Source of the DNA: Phycisphaerae bacterium
Lineage (GTDB): Bacteria > Planctomycetota > Phycisphaerae > UBA1845
Length of the DNA stretch: 64,000 nt
Assembly (NCBI GenBank): GCA_024102815.1
Contig: JAGFJJ010000068.1
Location: forward strand, 7,915-71,914
Direction of reading: 5' to 3'
Under the pieces are notes generated by a model. The model saw only the letters and a list, made by a program, of their open reading frames with translations, had not been told where the DNA came from and searched no databases. This document shows, piece after piece, positions 9,277-18,256 of the stretch (position 1 is the first letter of the stretch; every line of letters begins with the position of its first letter). Made by a program: the position numbers and the translations under genes.

Positions 9277-9838
9277 TCTCGAAGAGGCCGTCCAGCTCCG
9301 TCTGTCCGGAAGGCAACAGGCAATGCGGAGGCGCCGTCACGGGACTCGACGTAAGCAGCGGGTCACACGGTTGTTGAACCGGCGGTCTCGGCAGGCTGCT
9401 CGGCAACGCGGGGGCGACCGCATCTTGCAGCGCATTTTCGGCAGACGCGATTTTCTGCTCGATTTGCGAGTGCATGGCAACGTGTTCCCGGTGTTCGGCA
9501 TTCAGCTGGTCCTCGGCCTCGGAATAGTGGTCTTCAGCTTGCCGGCCATGGAGCCGGGCGCAGTGGTCCGCGATGAGCTCACGGTTGCGGAAAAGCCGAT
9601 CGATCTCGGATTCCGAGGCCGCCAGATACTCGTGCAGTTCCTTGTCCAGCGTTTGCAGGCGGGCCCTCTCTGCGTTCAGCTCACCGATATACGGCCATTC
9701 CCAGACACCATCGAAGCCGAGCCTCGGTGGAACACCGGCGATCCTCTTCAGTTCCTCAATACACTCGTCAACTCTGGTTAGCAGCTGGGTGGCGTTTTCG
9801 AGGCTGTACGATTCCTGAGCGGGAGGTGACGGCGGCAT
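9257..9838 (-). CDS. hypothetical coiled-coil protein
   Basis: I use the internal ATG 9838 (MPPSPPAQESYSLENATQLL...), which sits 1 nt after the stop of 9840..10358. The 102 codons upstream in the track ORF (to 10144) are Arg/Lys/Ser-rich and overlap the better acidic ORF. Confidence 0.5.
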   Translation of the reverse strand: MPPSPPAQESYSLENATQLLTRVDECIEELKRIAGVPPRLGFDGVWEWPYIGELNAERARLQTLDKELHEYLAASESEIDRLFRNRELIADHCARLHGRQAEDHYSEAEDQLNAEHREHVAMHSQIEQKIASAENALQDAVAPALPSSLPRPPVQQPCDPLLTSSPVTAPPHCLLPSGQTELDGLFEIDRLRM

Positions 9839-9839
9839 G

Positions 9840-10358
9840 CTACGATCTCCCCGCCGCTTGAATTCGCGCGCGTTGTTCCTCGTGAAGGCGCTCGCTCTCC
9901 TGGCGGGCCTCTTGGGCTTCACGCTCATGCTCATCGAGGAGTTCGATGTCACGCTGCGTTTCCATCTTGGCCTTTTCGAGTTCGCTTTTCGCCTCGTCGC
10001 TGTGCAGGCGATTCTCGCCGTCCGCGATCTTGCCCATATCCGATGAGGCCGCGTCGGATCGCTCGTGAAGCTCCTTCTCGAACTCTTCGCCCTCGTTCTG
10101 GACCTGTTCCAGCGTTTCGCCGTCTTCCTCGAACTCCCGGACACTCGTCTCCTGTGCCGCTTCGACCGCCTGTTCGACGGCCTCCGCCGCGTCGGACGTC
10201 CCGGTCAAGTCGAGACTCTCCAGAGTCTCCCGCTCCGTCTCGACGTCATCCGCGTGTTTCTCCAGGGCATCCGTCTTCTCATCGAATTCCGTCTTTCGGT
10301 CATCGACCGTTCTGGTCAGGTCGCTCCGCGTGGGAGCATCCGTTCGTCGCTTGCGCAT
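9840..10358 (-). CDS. highly acidic coiled-coil protein
   Basis: 172 aa, roughly 30% Asp+Glu by my count, with heptad-like charged repeats. GGAG lies 8 nt upstream of ATG 10358. Confidence 0.6.
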   Translation of the reverse strand: MRKRRTDAPTRSDLTRTVDDRKTEFDEKTDALEKHADDVETERETLESLDLTGTSDAAEAVEQAVEAAQETSVREFEEDGETLEQVQNEGEEFEKELHERSDAASSDMGKIADGENRLHSDEAKSELEKAKMETQRDIELLDEHEREAQEARQESERLHEEQRARIQAAGRS

Positions 10359-10451
10359 GATTGAATCTCCTTTGACTCCGTGCTCACTGACCTAATCGCA
10401 AATGCCAGGCAGCTTGGCGACGGAAAAAACCGACGACCACGACAATCCAGT

Positions 10452-13232
10452 TCACTGATCGCGATCGGGGCGACCTGCCAACTCCTCGAGTCGGTTAAGC
10501 AGCGACGCCGTTTGCGGCTCGATAAGCGTCTCGAAACGGCTCACGAGAGCGGCTCGAAGCTGACCGGTGCCACAGTCATCACCTTCAGACGGTGGTCCCG
10601 CGCCGAGGAGGTTGCGGTACGGACCGCGCCGGAGGCCGGCAAGAGAAGCGGCGAGCCGATCGCGCAGGCTCCGGGCGCACCGAGCCAACCCGGCGTGCCG
10701 GGAAGAGGAGTTCCCATTGCCGGTGGCGCTTAGAATCCGCTCGCGGTCCCTGTCTATTCGTTTGAGTCCGTCATGGACACGCCGCTTGTCCTCCTCGAAT
10801 CGATCCATCGCGTTGCGCAAGCGGCCCAGTTCGTCAGCGCTGCGAAGGACGGTGGCCTTGACAAACCAGTCCTCGCGACTGATCAGCTCTGCGAGTTCCT
10901 GATCTGTCGGCGGCGCTTCCAGCTTCAGGGTGGTGGCCAGGTCGGGCGTTCGAATCCGCTGCGGACCGTGGTACCCCTCGGTATACAGATAGGCCTCGCC
11001 CGGCGTTAGACGGGCGACCTCTTCCGTTTCGACCGGGCCGAAGAGCATCGCGCTACCCACGATCTCCCGATCGTCGGCGTCCACCAGGCGGAAGGCGAGC
11101 TTGCTACCGGTGTTCTTGATTACTTCGGGGGCGACGGCCGAAGGCAGCTGATCGATGATGATGATCGCAACTCCGAGAGCGCGCAACTCGGCCAGCATCC
11201 GGCATATGTACTCGGCGGCGAAGGCTTTGGGATCCGGGTTGTCTTCAGAGGGCGCCGCATCGCCGCTACGACCGACGACGTTGTGCGCCTCCTCAATGAC
11301 TATGACAAACCGTGTGTCGCCGGAGAATCGCGGATGGGCCCGAACGTGCTCGCGCACGGCGGTGAGGAGAAAGAGGGTCACTAGGCATTTCAATTCCGGC
11401 GGAAGCGAGTCGAGTTCGAGGATGGAGTAAGACCGCATCAACTCGTCGATTCCCGGGACGTTGGTTCCGCACTGGAACATCCGGCCAATCGTTCGACGGA
11501 TGAGCTTCCCGAGACGCACTTCCAACGCCGCCGCCAGGTCGGACTTGAGATCCGCGGAGTAGCTTTTCTCAGATAGAACGGCCTGCGCTGCAGCGCACAG
11601 ATCATGCATGACCGGGAATGTATCTGGATCCGCCTGCTCGTCGTAAACACGCTCCAGCGCCTCGCCGAGAATCCCCGGCAAGGGGCCGGACATCGCCATG
11701 GCCGCCTGGAAGCAGACCAAGAGGTTCTCGATGTGTTCATCGCGAGCGATACCCTCCGGATGCCAAAGCGGATTAAGGCGAAACGGTGAAACGATCTCGA
11801 CACCGGGCGTGTGGACCTTGAGTTGTTCTGCCAGCTCACGAGCGCCGGCGTCGTGGCTTCCCGACAGTGTCTTGAGAATGCGATACTGCGTGTTCGCAGT
11901 TTCGATAACCAGGAACGGCGTGCCGCGACGAGACAGTTGCAGCAGGGTGTTAAACGTGGACACGGTCTTGCCGCTGCCGGGAACGCCACTGATGAACCAG
12001 TGCTTGGGCAGGCCGTTATCGCGAATGCCGCGCAATACGCGCGATTCCGAGGCGCCAATATGCTGTCCATCGAATCCGACGGTGATGAGCCGATCATGCG
12101 GCACTTGGGGTGGGTCCGTATTGCGCCGGATGCAGCACGGCGATCCGTACGATGCGACCGGAAGACACCAGACTCCGGCCAATTCGTCTACGGTCGCGAC
12201 GTGGCCGAGACGCGACAGCCCGCTATATGTGGAGGCGTGTACACCCAAGACGAGGTCGTGTGTCGGAAAGCCCAGTACCTGGTGGTCCCGAACCGCCTGA
12301 AGGGCCTGATCGAAGAGACATTCACCCTTACGACATGCAAAAAGCCTATAACTGCCGCCATCAAACGCGGATTCCGCAACAGTCGACACCAGAAGATGCG
12401 CTACTTCCGGCGTCTTCGCCAGGACACGAGCGTGGAACGCGAGATGGGGCTGTGACAGGGTCTCGTGAAAGCTGCGGCGCTGCCGCAGGATGTCGTCAGC
12501 GAGAGGATCCTTGTAGCGCAGGGGCATTACGGTCGATCGCCCGCGTCGTGCGTATCGGTCTTCTGGGCAGAACGGGTCGGGTTCCGCGCCGTCCTCCGCG
12601 TCGTTGAAATCACTGGAGCGGTTGATGGCCTGCAACCTGGCCAGATCCCGGGTATGTTCGGTTCGCTCGGTTCGGACGCAGGTCGGCTCGACACAGATGT
12701 CGATCAGTGCCGGCTCATTGAGGCGGCTTAGGACGGAGTCGAGCTTCATGCCATCATTACTGTGGGTCGGCGTGAACGGATCGATAGTGTAGTATACAGG
12801 CGGGATCCGCGGATTGAATTCCGCGGAGTGGAGGGGATCGACCGCCCCCTCAGCCCGCGCTATGTCATGGGCCGCCGCAAACACCTCCCAGGGTACGCTG
12901 CATTCCTCAACGGCTTGCAGGGTGTAAAGCTCCACCAACGCCGATGACTCGATAAGGGCTCGAAAGCTGGAGGCCGTCTCTTTCCGTGGAGCGTTGATGA
13001 TCAGGAAGATAGCAAGTCGATCCTGCACGTTTCCGGACTTGGGCGCCGGAGTGAAGGCCAACCGCACGGACACCGCCACAGATTGCGGCGCTCTGGACGC
13101 CACAACCCGCAGCAGGTGCTCCTGCGCGCCTCGAACCGCCGAGGGCACGTCAGCGCGAGCGAGCAGCCGGTAGCGCGGGAAGGCCGAGTCCGGAAGATGG
13201 CCGACACGGTAGATCAACACGTGTGGCTTCAT
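10452..13232 (-). CDS. HerA/FtsK-superfamily (DUF87-like) P-loop ATPase, large
   Basis: Walker A FISGVPGSGKTVSTFNTLLQL. Walker B region FVIVIEEAHNVV. GVAIIIIDQLPSAVAPEVIKNTGSKLAFRLVDADDRE is typical of HerA-type ATPases. ATG 13232 (MKPHVLIYRV...) forms an ATGA overlap with the E1 stop (13231..13229). Coiled-coil C-terminal tail. Confidence 0.85.
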   Translation of the reverse strand: MKPHVLIYRVGHLPDSAFPRYRLLARADVPSAVRGAQEHLLRVVASRAPQSVAVSVRLAFTPAPKSGNVQDRLAIFLIINAPRKETASSFRALIESSALVELYTLQAVEECSVPWEVFAAAHDIARAEGAVDPLHSAEFNPRIPPVYYTIDPFTPTHSNDGMKLDSVLSRLNEPALIDICVEPTCVRTERTEHTRDLARLQAINRSSDFNDAEDGAEPDPFCPEDRYARRGRSTVMPLRYKDPLADDILRQRRSFHETLSQPHLAFHARVLAKTPEVAHLLVSTVAESAFDGGSYRLFACRKGECLFDQALQAVRDHQVLGFPTHDLVLGVHASTYSGLSRLGHVATVDELAGVWCLPVASYGSPCCIRRNTDPPQVPHDRLITVGFDGQHIGASESRVLRGIRDNGLPKHWFISGVPGSGKTVSTFNTLLQLSRRGTPFLVIETANTQYRILKTLSGSHDAGARELAEQLKVHTPGVEIVSPFRLNPLWHPEGIARDEHIENLLVCFQAAMAMSGPLPGILGEALERVYDEQADPDTFPVMHDLCAAAQAVLSEKSYSADLKSDLAAALEVRLGKLIRRTIGRMFQCGTNVPGIDELMRSYSILELDSLPPELKCLVTLFLLTAVREHVRAHPRFSGDTRFVIVIEEAHNVVGRSGDAAPSEDNPDPKAFAAEYICRMLAELRALGVAIIIIDQLPSAVAPEVIKNTGSKLAFRLVDADDREIVGSAMLFGPVETEEVARLTPGEAYLYTEGYHGPQRIRTPDLATTLKLEAPPTDQELAELISREDWFVKATVLRSADELGRLRNAMDRFEEDKRRVHDGLKRIDRDRERILSATGNGNSSSRHAGLARCARSLRDRLAASLAGLRRGPYRNLLGAGPPSEGDDCGTGQLRAALVSRFETLIEPQTASLLNRLEELAGRPDRDQ

Positions 13233-14719
13233 ATCGCAGCCGCCTGCTCGGCAAACTCCGCCGCGTCGTCGCCGCTGACCTCCACGCCGTCTCTTGCAGC
13301 CGTCTCGCCGACGTAGTCTCCGCAGCACGGACATCCGGTGTTACGCGGCAGGTCGACGCCGTACCAACGAAGGACATGCATGCCATCGACGCTGCACTCC
13401 AGCGGTTCGAGGTTCTCGAAGTCCGTATCCTTTTCTCGGCGATTCAACCAGATGTACCATGGGGCCGAGAGATCCTCATCCAGTGACTTCAGCGTTGTCT
13501 CCTTGCCCTTCAGCAATTCCTGGATGACGAGTTTGACGACCATGAGGCTGATCGGGGCGATGTCCGTCGAGAGCCCCGGCTCGACGGCAACCGGACGATC
13601 CGAGTACGCTACCTCATCTGCTTGCTCCTGGTTGGATACCCGCTCATACGCCGCCTGCTCGGGTAGGGCCCCCAGAAAGCACTGGTAACAGGGAGACTCA
13701 TGCGGCCGCACCCTGAGTACTTGCCCGCCGTGCGCACGCCGAAAGGCCGCCGCGATGATGCACGGCGTGTTCTCCTCCACGCAGAGCTTGTTTAGGATCA
13801 CTCGGCTTTCGCGGTTGTCCGTAGCGATGACGACGACGTCCGCCCTGCGGATGATGCGACGAAGAAACTCCGTGTTGTTCCAGGAGACTTTACAATCCCA
13901 GGCACGCACCTCGGCGAACGGGTTCTTCTCCAGGATCATCTCCCGCATCACGTCGGTCTTGAGCCGTCCCACGTCGGAGATACCCGCCATGTGCCGGACC
14001 ACATTACCGGTTTCAAGCCGATCGTGATCCATGATGTCGAAGTGCATGACTCCCTGTTTCGGCAGCTCCCAGGCAATGGGAGACCCGCCCGATCCCAGGC
14101 CGACGACGAAGACTGTTGCATCCGCGAGTGCGTCAGTCTCCAGCAGACCCTTGGCACGCGAGAACAGCTCTTCACGCACCGGAATCACGCAGACCGTCGC
14201 TGCCTTCCAGCCGTCGCCCGTCCGAACGAAGCCGAGGATCTCGTGGGGAGACTGCCCCATCGCTTCACCGGACGGTGACGTCCGCGGAGAGACAATGACC
14301 CTCACGCGATCGGTCGGCGCGCCGATCTCGGTGACGGCGATCCCCTGCCCGGGCGGGGCCCACTGGATCGTTGCAGGAAGCGCTCTGGACAGGTCTGTCT
14401 TCGCAATCCCGTTGTAGACCTTGCCGCCGTCCCTGCATTGGAGTGCCAAACGCCTGGGCTCGCGCGTGCTAAGCACGGTGTGAATCTGCTCACCGGGCAG
14501 TACGATGAACGGGACGCGCTCCTCCGGATCCGCAAACACGTCCATGTCCTCCGGCTTCACGGACAGGTACCTGTCCGGGTCCTTGCCATCCGTGACTTCC
14601 GCGTCGTCCACTCTTACGAGCCTGCGCAGGTCCTTACTGTAAACGATCCGCCCGCCGGCGGTGTTGCCGGTACGTACATCGTCCATGGCCTCACGAATCC
14701 TAGCTTCCTCAGTTTGCAT
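13229..14719 (-). CDS. E1-like ThiF/MoeB-family adenylyltransferase with ~190-aa N-terminal extension
   Basis: VFVVGLGSGGSPIAWEL (GxGxxG); DHDRLETGNVVRH; IATDNRESR; two Cys pairs (SPCYQCF and GCPCCGDY). Overlaps the E2 stop by 11 bp. Confidence 0.85.
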   Translation of the reverse strand: MQTEEARIREAMDDVRTGNTAGGRIVYSKDLRRLVRVDDAEVTDGKDPDRYLSVKPEDMDVFADPEERVPFIVLPGEQIHTVLSTREPRRLALQCRDGGKVYNGIAKTDLSRALPATIQWAPPGQGIAVTEIGAPTDRVRVIVSPRTSPSGEAMGQSPHEILGFVRTGDGWKAATVCVIPVREELFSRAKGLLETDALADATVFVVGLGSGGSPIAWELPKQGVMHFDIMDHDRLETGNVVRHMAGISDVGRLKTDVMREMILEKNPFAEVRAWDCKVSWNNTEFLRRIIRRADVVVIATDNRESRVILNKLCVEENTPCIIAAAFRRAHGGQVLRVRPHESPCYQCFLGALPEQAAYERVSNQEQADEVAYSDRPVAVEPGLSTDIAPISLMVVKLVIQELLKGKETTLKSLDEDLSAPWYIWLNRREKDTDFENLEPLECSVDGMHVLRWYGVDLPRNTGCPCCGDYVGETAARDGVEVSGDDAAEFAEQAAAI

Positions 14720-15176
14720 TTTGGATTCTCTCCTTTTGTTTATCTATGAACTTCGCAATGCTCTCACCCGTACGCAAGTGCGCCGCATACGCTTCAATCC
14801 AGAGCATTCCACGCATAAAGATCGCAATCATGGTCATGCGTGCATCCCAACCGCTCATAAAGCAGATCGCCACACAACCACTGGGGTGTTTGCTAGCCGT
14901 GTGAAACTCGTGGGATGCACCAAGCGAGTTGATCGTGGAGAGGTTTCCATGCTTCCAGAGAACTTGCGGACTCGCCACGATGAGAAAGGGCTTCTCATGC
15001 GGATAGTTGGGAGTGAGCAGCAACCTCAGGCGGTACACCTCAGATCCCGCCGTTGGCGTAACGGGTCCTTCAACATACGTGTCGCGGGCTGGGTTGAAGA
15101 ACTCAAACTGAGGCATCGTACGCTGGAGCTGCTTTTTCTCTAACGCCAAGCGGTAGCGTTCATCTGGTGACCACAT
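14709..15176 (-). CDS. E2/UBC-like protein (prokaryotic E2 family)
   Basis: Internal ATG 15176 (MWSPDERYRLALEKKQL...) with AAGGA 8 nt upstream. LLLTPNYPHEKPFLIVASPQVLWKHGN resembles the UBC YPxxPP flap plus an HPN-like HGN motif. Candidate catalytic Cys in SGCVAICFMSGWD. Confidence 0.65.
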   Translation of the reverse strand: MWSPDERYRLALEKKQLQRTMPQFEFFNPARDTYVEGPVTPTAGSEVYRLRLLLTPNYPHEKPFLIVASPQVLWKHGNLSTINSLGASHEFHTASKHPSGCVAICFMSGWDARMTMIAIFMRGMLWIEAYAAHLRTGESIAKFIDKQKERIQNAN

Positions 15177-15192
15177 GCGTGTGTTCCTTCGT

Positions 15193-16353
15193 TTACAGGT
15201 ACCTTCCAAACCACTCGAGCATGCGTCCTCGACCCGGTTGCCCGTCACGTCCGCCGGTTGCTCGGGAAGCCTCGTCGCGACCGTCCTGCTTGGGCAGATC
15301 TGTCGTACACTTGGTTTTGCCGTGATGGACAAGGGACTCGGCCCGAGCGTAGATCGTGCTGATGACCGTTTGTGGTCCATCGGGAAGGACAGCGCACGAA
15401 ATGTCGCGGACGTCACACTGCTCCGGCGTTGTGAGACCGACTGAGCGGACTTCGTGGGGCGGTGTCGCGTCGTAGGCGATGAGGATTCGCCAAGAAGATA
15501 GAGACAAGCTGAGGATGATGACTTCGCCCTCTATGTGCAAACTCAGATCCTCGAGGATTGACTCGGGCAGCGCGGCAACCTGCTGGGCGATATGCTCAGG
15601 AATATCCGTAGTTGGTTCGTCCCTCTCGACGTGGGGATCGAACAGTAGGCGGTTCATGGGGAACGCGCGATTCTCCACGCCTGGGCCCGCACCGTTAAGT
15701 AGGTCATTGAGGCTCATCGTCAGCCCGACGGGACTGATTCCTGGGATCGTCTTGATCGGACATCGCTCGTACTCGGCTGCCTGGGGATCGGTGTGATGAA
15801 AGGAGTTGATCCTTACGATGGTGTTTTCTTGATCAGGGCGAGGACGTGCTCTCGATGCGAGCAACTGCGCGCCGTTGAACGCGCGCTGCATGCACGTCGA
15901 GATCAAGCCGGCGGAGCGGTCCACTCTTGGGGCGCCGCGTTCGTGCGTGACGATGATCTCGACCAAGCGCGAAAGGTCGTTTCGTTGGCTCAGCGATTGT
16001 ATCGTCCGCTCGTCGCCGGAGCTAAGATGATCCAATCCTAGTGAGTAATGGCTGTGCCAGCGACCGACGAGCTGGATCCCGTATGTCTCCTGGAGGAACC
16101 GGGTGACTCTTTTGAAGTGGTCGACATCTTGAGCGAAGTGCGTTGCCTCGTGAACAGCGTTCGGTCCTGGACTCGAGGCAAACAGCACCACGGCTCGCCC
16201 GGCATGTGTCCATAACCCATAGAGATACCCCCCAGTCTCAAGATCTGTCCAGGCCGCGGATGTGGCTGCAATGCACTGAAGCACCGACTGCCAAGTGGTG
16301 AAGTATCGATCGTGCTCGGTCTGTTTCGCGCGTTTCTTGCGAGGTCGTGGCAT
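15193..16353 (-). CDS. JAB/JAMM (MPN+) metallopeptidase with ~230-aa unrecognised C-terminal region
   Basis: ETGGYLYG (Glu) followed by GRWHSHYSLGLDHLSSGD, which is the HxH-x7-S-xxD JAMM motif. First gene of the minus-strand run. Confidence 0.8.
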   Translation of the reverse strand: MPRPRKKRAKQTEHDRYFTTWQSVLQCIAATSAAWTDLETGGYLYGLWTHAGRAVVLFASSPGPNAVHEATHFAQDVDHFKRVTRFLQETYGIQLVGRWHSHYSLGLDHLSSGDERTIQSLSQRNDLSRLVEIIVTHERGAPRVDRSAGLISTCMQRAFNGAQLLASRARPRPDQENTIVRINSFHHTDPQAAEYERCPIKTIPGISPVGLTMSLNDLLNGAGPGVENRAFPMNRLLFDPHVERDEPTTDIPEHIAQQVAALPESILEDLSLHIEGEVIILSLSLSSWRILIAYDATPPHEVRSVGLTTPEQCDVRDISCAVLPDGPQTVISTIYARAESLVHHGKTKCTTDLPKQDGRDEASRATGGRDGQPGRGRMLEWFGRYL

Positions 16354-16632
16354 ACCTTGCCCCTTTCGTGGCGACCCTGGATCGGATCGGCGACCCGGAC
16401 CGCGCTTTCGTAGCGGACGACGCTGTCCTGGCCCTGAGCCTCCCTGTCACCCCACCAATCGCAATTGACGCCGGGGTTTGCGCCAAAAAAATCGGTGGAA
16501 TTGCCGCGCGCCGGTGAGCTTGGCCCCAGGCAGGACGTGACGGGTCGTGAAACGAAACGGCCTCGGCCACCGCTGAGTGGGTGGAAGGGCGTACGGATCA
16601 GTGAGGCACGCAACGGTACGGGACACCAAAGG

Positions 16633-17538
16633 ATGGCAGCACGTTTGACTCGCACCGACCGGGAACTGCTCGCCGCCATCGCCGAATACCGCGTGCTGAC
16701 CGTCAGACAGATTGCACGGTTGATGTCGAGGAACACCAGGGTCGTCCAGCGGCGTCTCGCCGATCTGGGAAACGAAGGCCTGGTCCTTGCGTCCTCACGA
16801 GGATACGGTCGCGGGCGCGGCCGGCCGGAGAAACTGATTTCGCTGTCGGAGCAAGGTATCGGCGTGTTGCGTTCGAAGGGCGCAATCGGGCCCGGCGTTT
16901 CGAATGATCGGGTCATGTCCGCGGCGATTCGATGCCTGGACCATCAGTTGCTGGTCAATTCGTTCCGCATCGAGCTCGCCCGCGTCGGCCAAGTGGTCCC
17001 GGGGCTCAGCGTGCGGTTTCTGTCGCCGACGTCCCCGTTCCTTGCGTTGCGCTCCGACGGTTATCCGTCCATCTCCGACCACGTGTCCGTGAGCGGCTGT
17101 ACGGACAAGAGGTTCTGGTTCACTCCTGACGGTGTTTTCTCCATCTCAGACGATCAGCGGCGACGAACCGTCCTGTTCTTCCTGGAGGTCGACATGGGGA
17201 CCGAGACCCTCGCAAGCCCCAAACGCAGTCGGCGCGACCTACGACAGAAGATCCTCAACTATCGCGAGTACTTCCGCAGCGAGCGATATAAACGATACGA
17301 GGAGACGTGGAGTTGCGACTTGCGCGGTTTTCGTCTTCTATTCGTGACGCACACGGCCGATCGACTCGCGGCGGTTTGTCGCCTGGTGCGGGACATGCGG
17401 CCGTCGGATTTCGTCTGGCTGACAGACCAGGACCGGTTAGCCCAAGCTGGAGTCTGCAGCCGGATCTGGGCGCGCGGAGGTCGACTCAACGCCTCGCTCG
17501 AGTCCATTCTCGGCTCACGGGCGCCGGCGCCGCCCTGA
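16633..17538 (+). CDS. replication-relaxation family protein (plasmid/mobile-element type)
   Basis: MAARLTRTDRELLAAIAEYRVLTVRQIARLMSRNTRVVQRRLADLGNEGLV... matches the N-terminal wHTH signature I associate with Replic_Relax proteins. Internal ATG 16633 chosen; the upstream track extension is Arg/Pro-rich. Confidence 0.7.
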   Translation: MAARLTRTDRELLAAIAEYRVLTVRQIARLMSRNTRVVQRRLADLGNEGLVLASSRGYGRGRGRPEKLISLSEQGIGVLRSKGAIGPGVSNDRVMSAAIRCLDHQLLVNSFRIELARVGQVVPGLSVRFLSPTSPFLALRSDGYPSISDHVSVSGCTDKRFWFTPDGVFSISDDQRRRTVLFFLEVDMGTETLASPKRSRRDLRQKILNYREYFRSERYKRYEETWSCDLRGFRLLFVTHTADRLAAVCRLVRDMRPSDFVWLTDQDRLAQAGVCSRIWARGGRLNASLESILGSRAPAPP

Positions 17539-17805
17539 AGCACGCGGCGGCTCCCCACCCGCGAACCGCGAGTCACCGCCACTCGGGCGACCGTTCACGC
17601 CTCGGCACATCCTGGCAGAAGATTAACAGAATTGCGGCGCCGTACCCATGGAGCATTGCGAATAACAGAGTGCGTGGCGCCCGACGTGGACCTTTGCCGC
17701 GCACGGAATTGCGGATCGCGCTCTGTGGGGCTTCGCCAGCCGAGGCCGGGCCGCAAGAGTTCCGCGCAGACAGTGATCGAAACGATTTGAACATCATCAA
17801 GGAGC

Positions 17806-18237
17806 ATGACGATGACGCACATCGACTACTGGACTGGGTTCCAGACCGGCTATGACGCAGGTAGCGCGGACGGGTTCAAGAAAGGGATGCGATTCGTATC
17901 CTCCGCGAGCTACGATTCAGGCGACGGGGGCACATGTGGCGGCGGCCCAGCGTCAACACCTGGACGTGGACTCCGCGACCCTCGGAGTAAGGAAGCAGCG
18001 GTGCCCGGCACGATCACACTCCGCCATGGCTCGTCCGTGCCAAGACTCGACCTGGAAGCAAACCGGAAGCCGGGTGGCCGCGAGACATATTCTCGCCTGG
18101 AGCCCGCGCCACTTGGGATCGATCCATCAGGGCCACGGTCCGGCCTGATCTTCTCGAAGCCCGTGCCGCCTTTCGATATGTTCCGGCTCAGCGTGCCCAA
18201 GCTCCATCCCCCGCTCGGCCTTGGCGGTCTATCGTAA
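17806..18237 (+). CDS. hypothetical protein (weak)
   Basis: AAGGAG upstream of ATGACGATG. The product is low-complexity and Gly/Pro/Ser-rich, so coding status is doubtful. Confidence 0.25.
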   Translation: MTMTHIDYWTGFQTGYDAGSADGFKKGMRFVSSASYDSGDGGTCGGGPASTPGRGLRDPRSKEAAVPGTITLRHGSSVPRLDLEANRKPGGRETYSRLEPAPLGIDPSGPRSGLIFSKPVPPFDMFRLSVPKLHPPLGLGGLS

Positions 18238-18256
18238 CCGGACGGCCAGCGCCTGA

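Noticed and set aside
9839-10144. N-terminal 102 codons of track ORF 9257..10144.
   Set aside because: This part is Arg/Lys/Ser-rich and overlaps the better acidic coiled-coil ORF 9840..10358 in another frame. The internal ATG 9838 abuts that gene's stop.
10935-10960. GGGCGTTCGAATCCGCTG, and similar GTTCGAA strings at about 20487, 21060 and 21290, resemble tRNA T-loops.
   Set aside because: The flanking bases do not form T-arm stems and no acceptor or anticodon arms could be built. The first lies inside the HerA-type CDS.
16447-16629. 60-aa minus-strand ORF immediately upstream of the JAB gene. It ends ...RRQLRLVG, which is superficially like a ubiquitin LRLRGG tail.
   Set aside because: It has a TTG start and no SD. 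The product is extremely basic and Arg/Trp/Pro/Phe-rich, with none of the alternating hydrophobic pattern of a beta-grasp. It lies in the divergent promoter region and overlaps the leader of the replication-relaxation gene. Most likely a chance ORF in GC-rich DNA, but cheap to test by ribosome profiling or proteomics.
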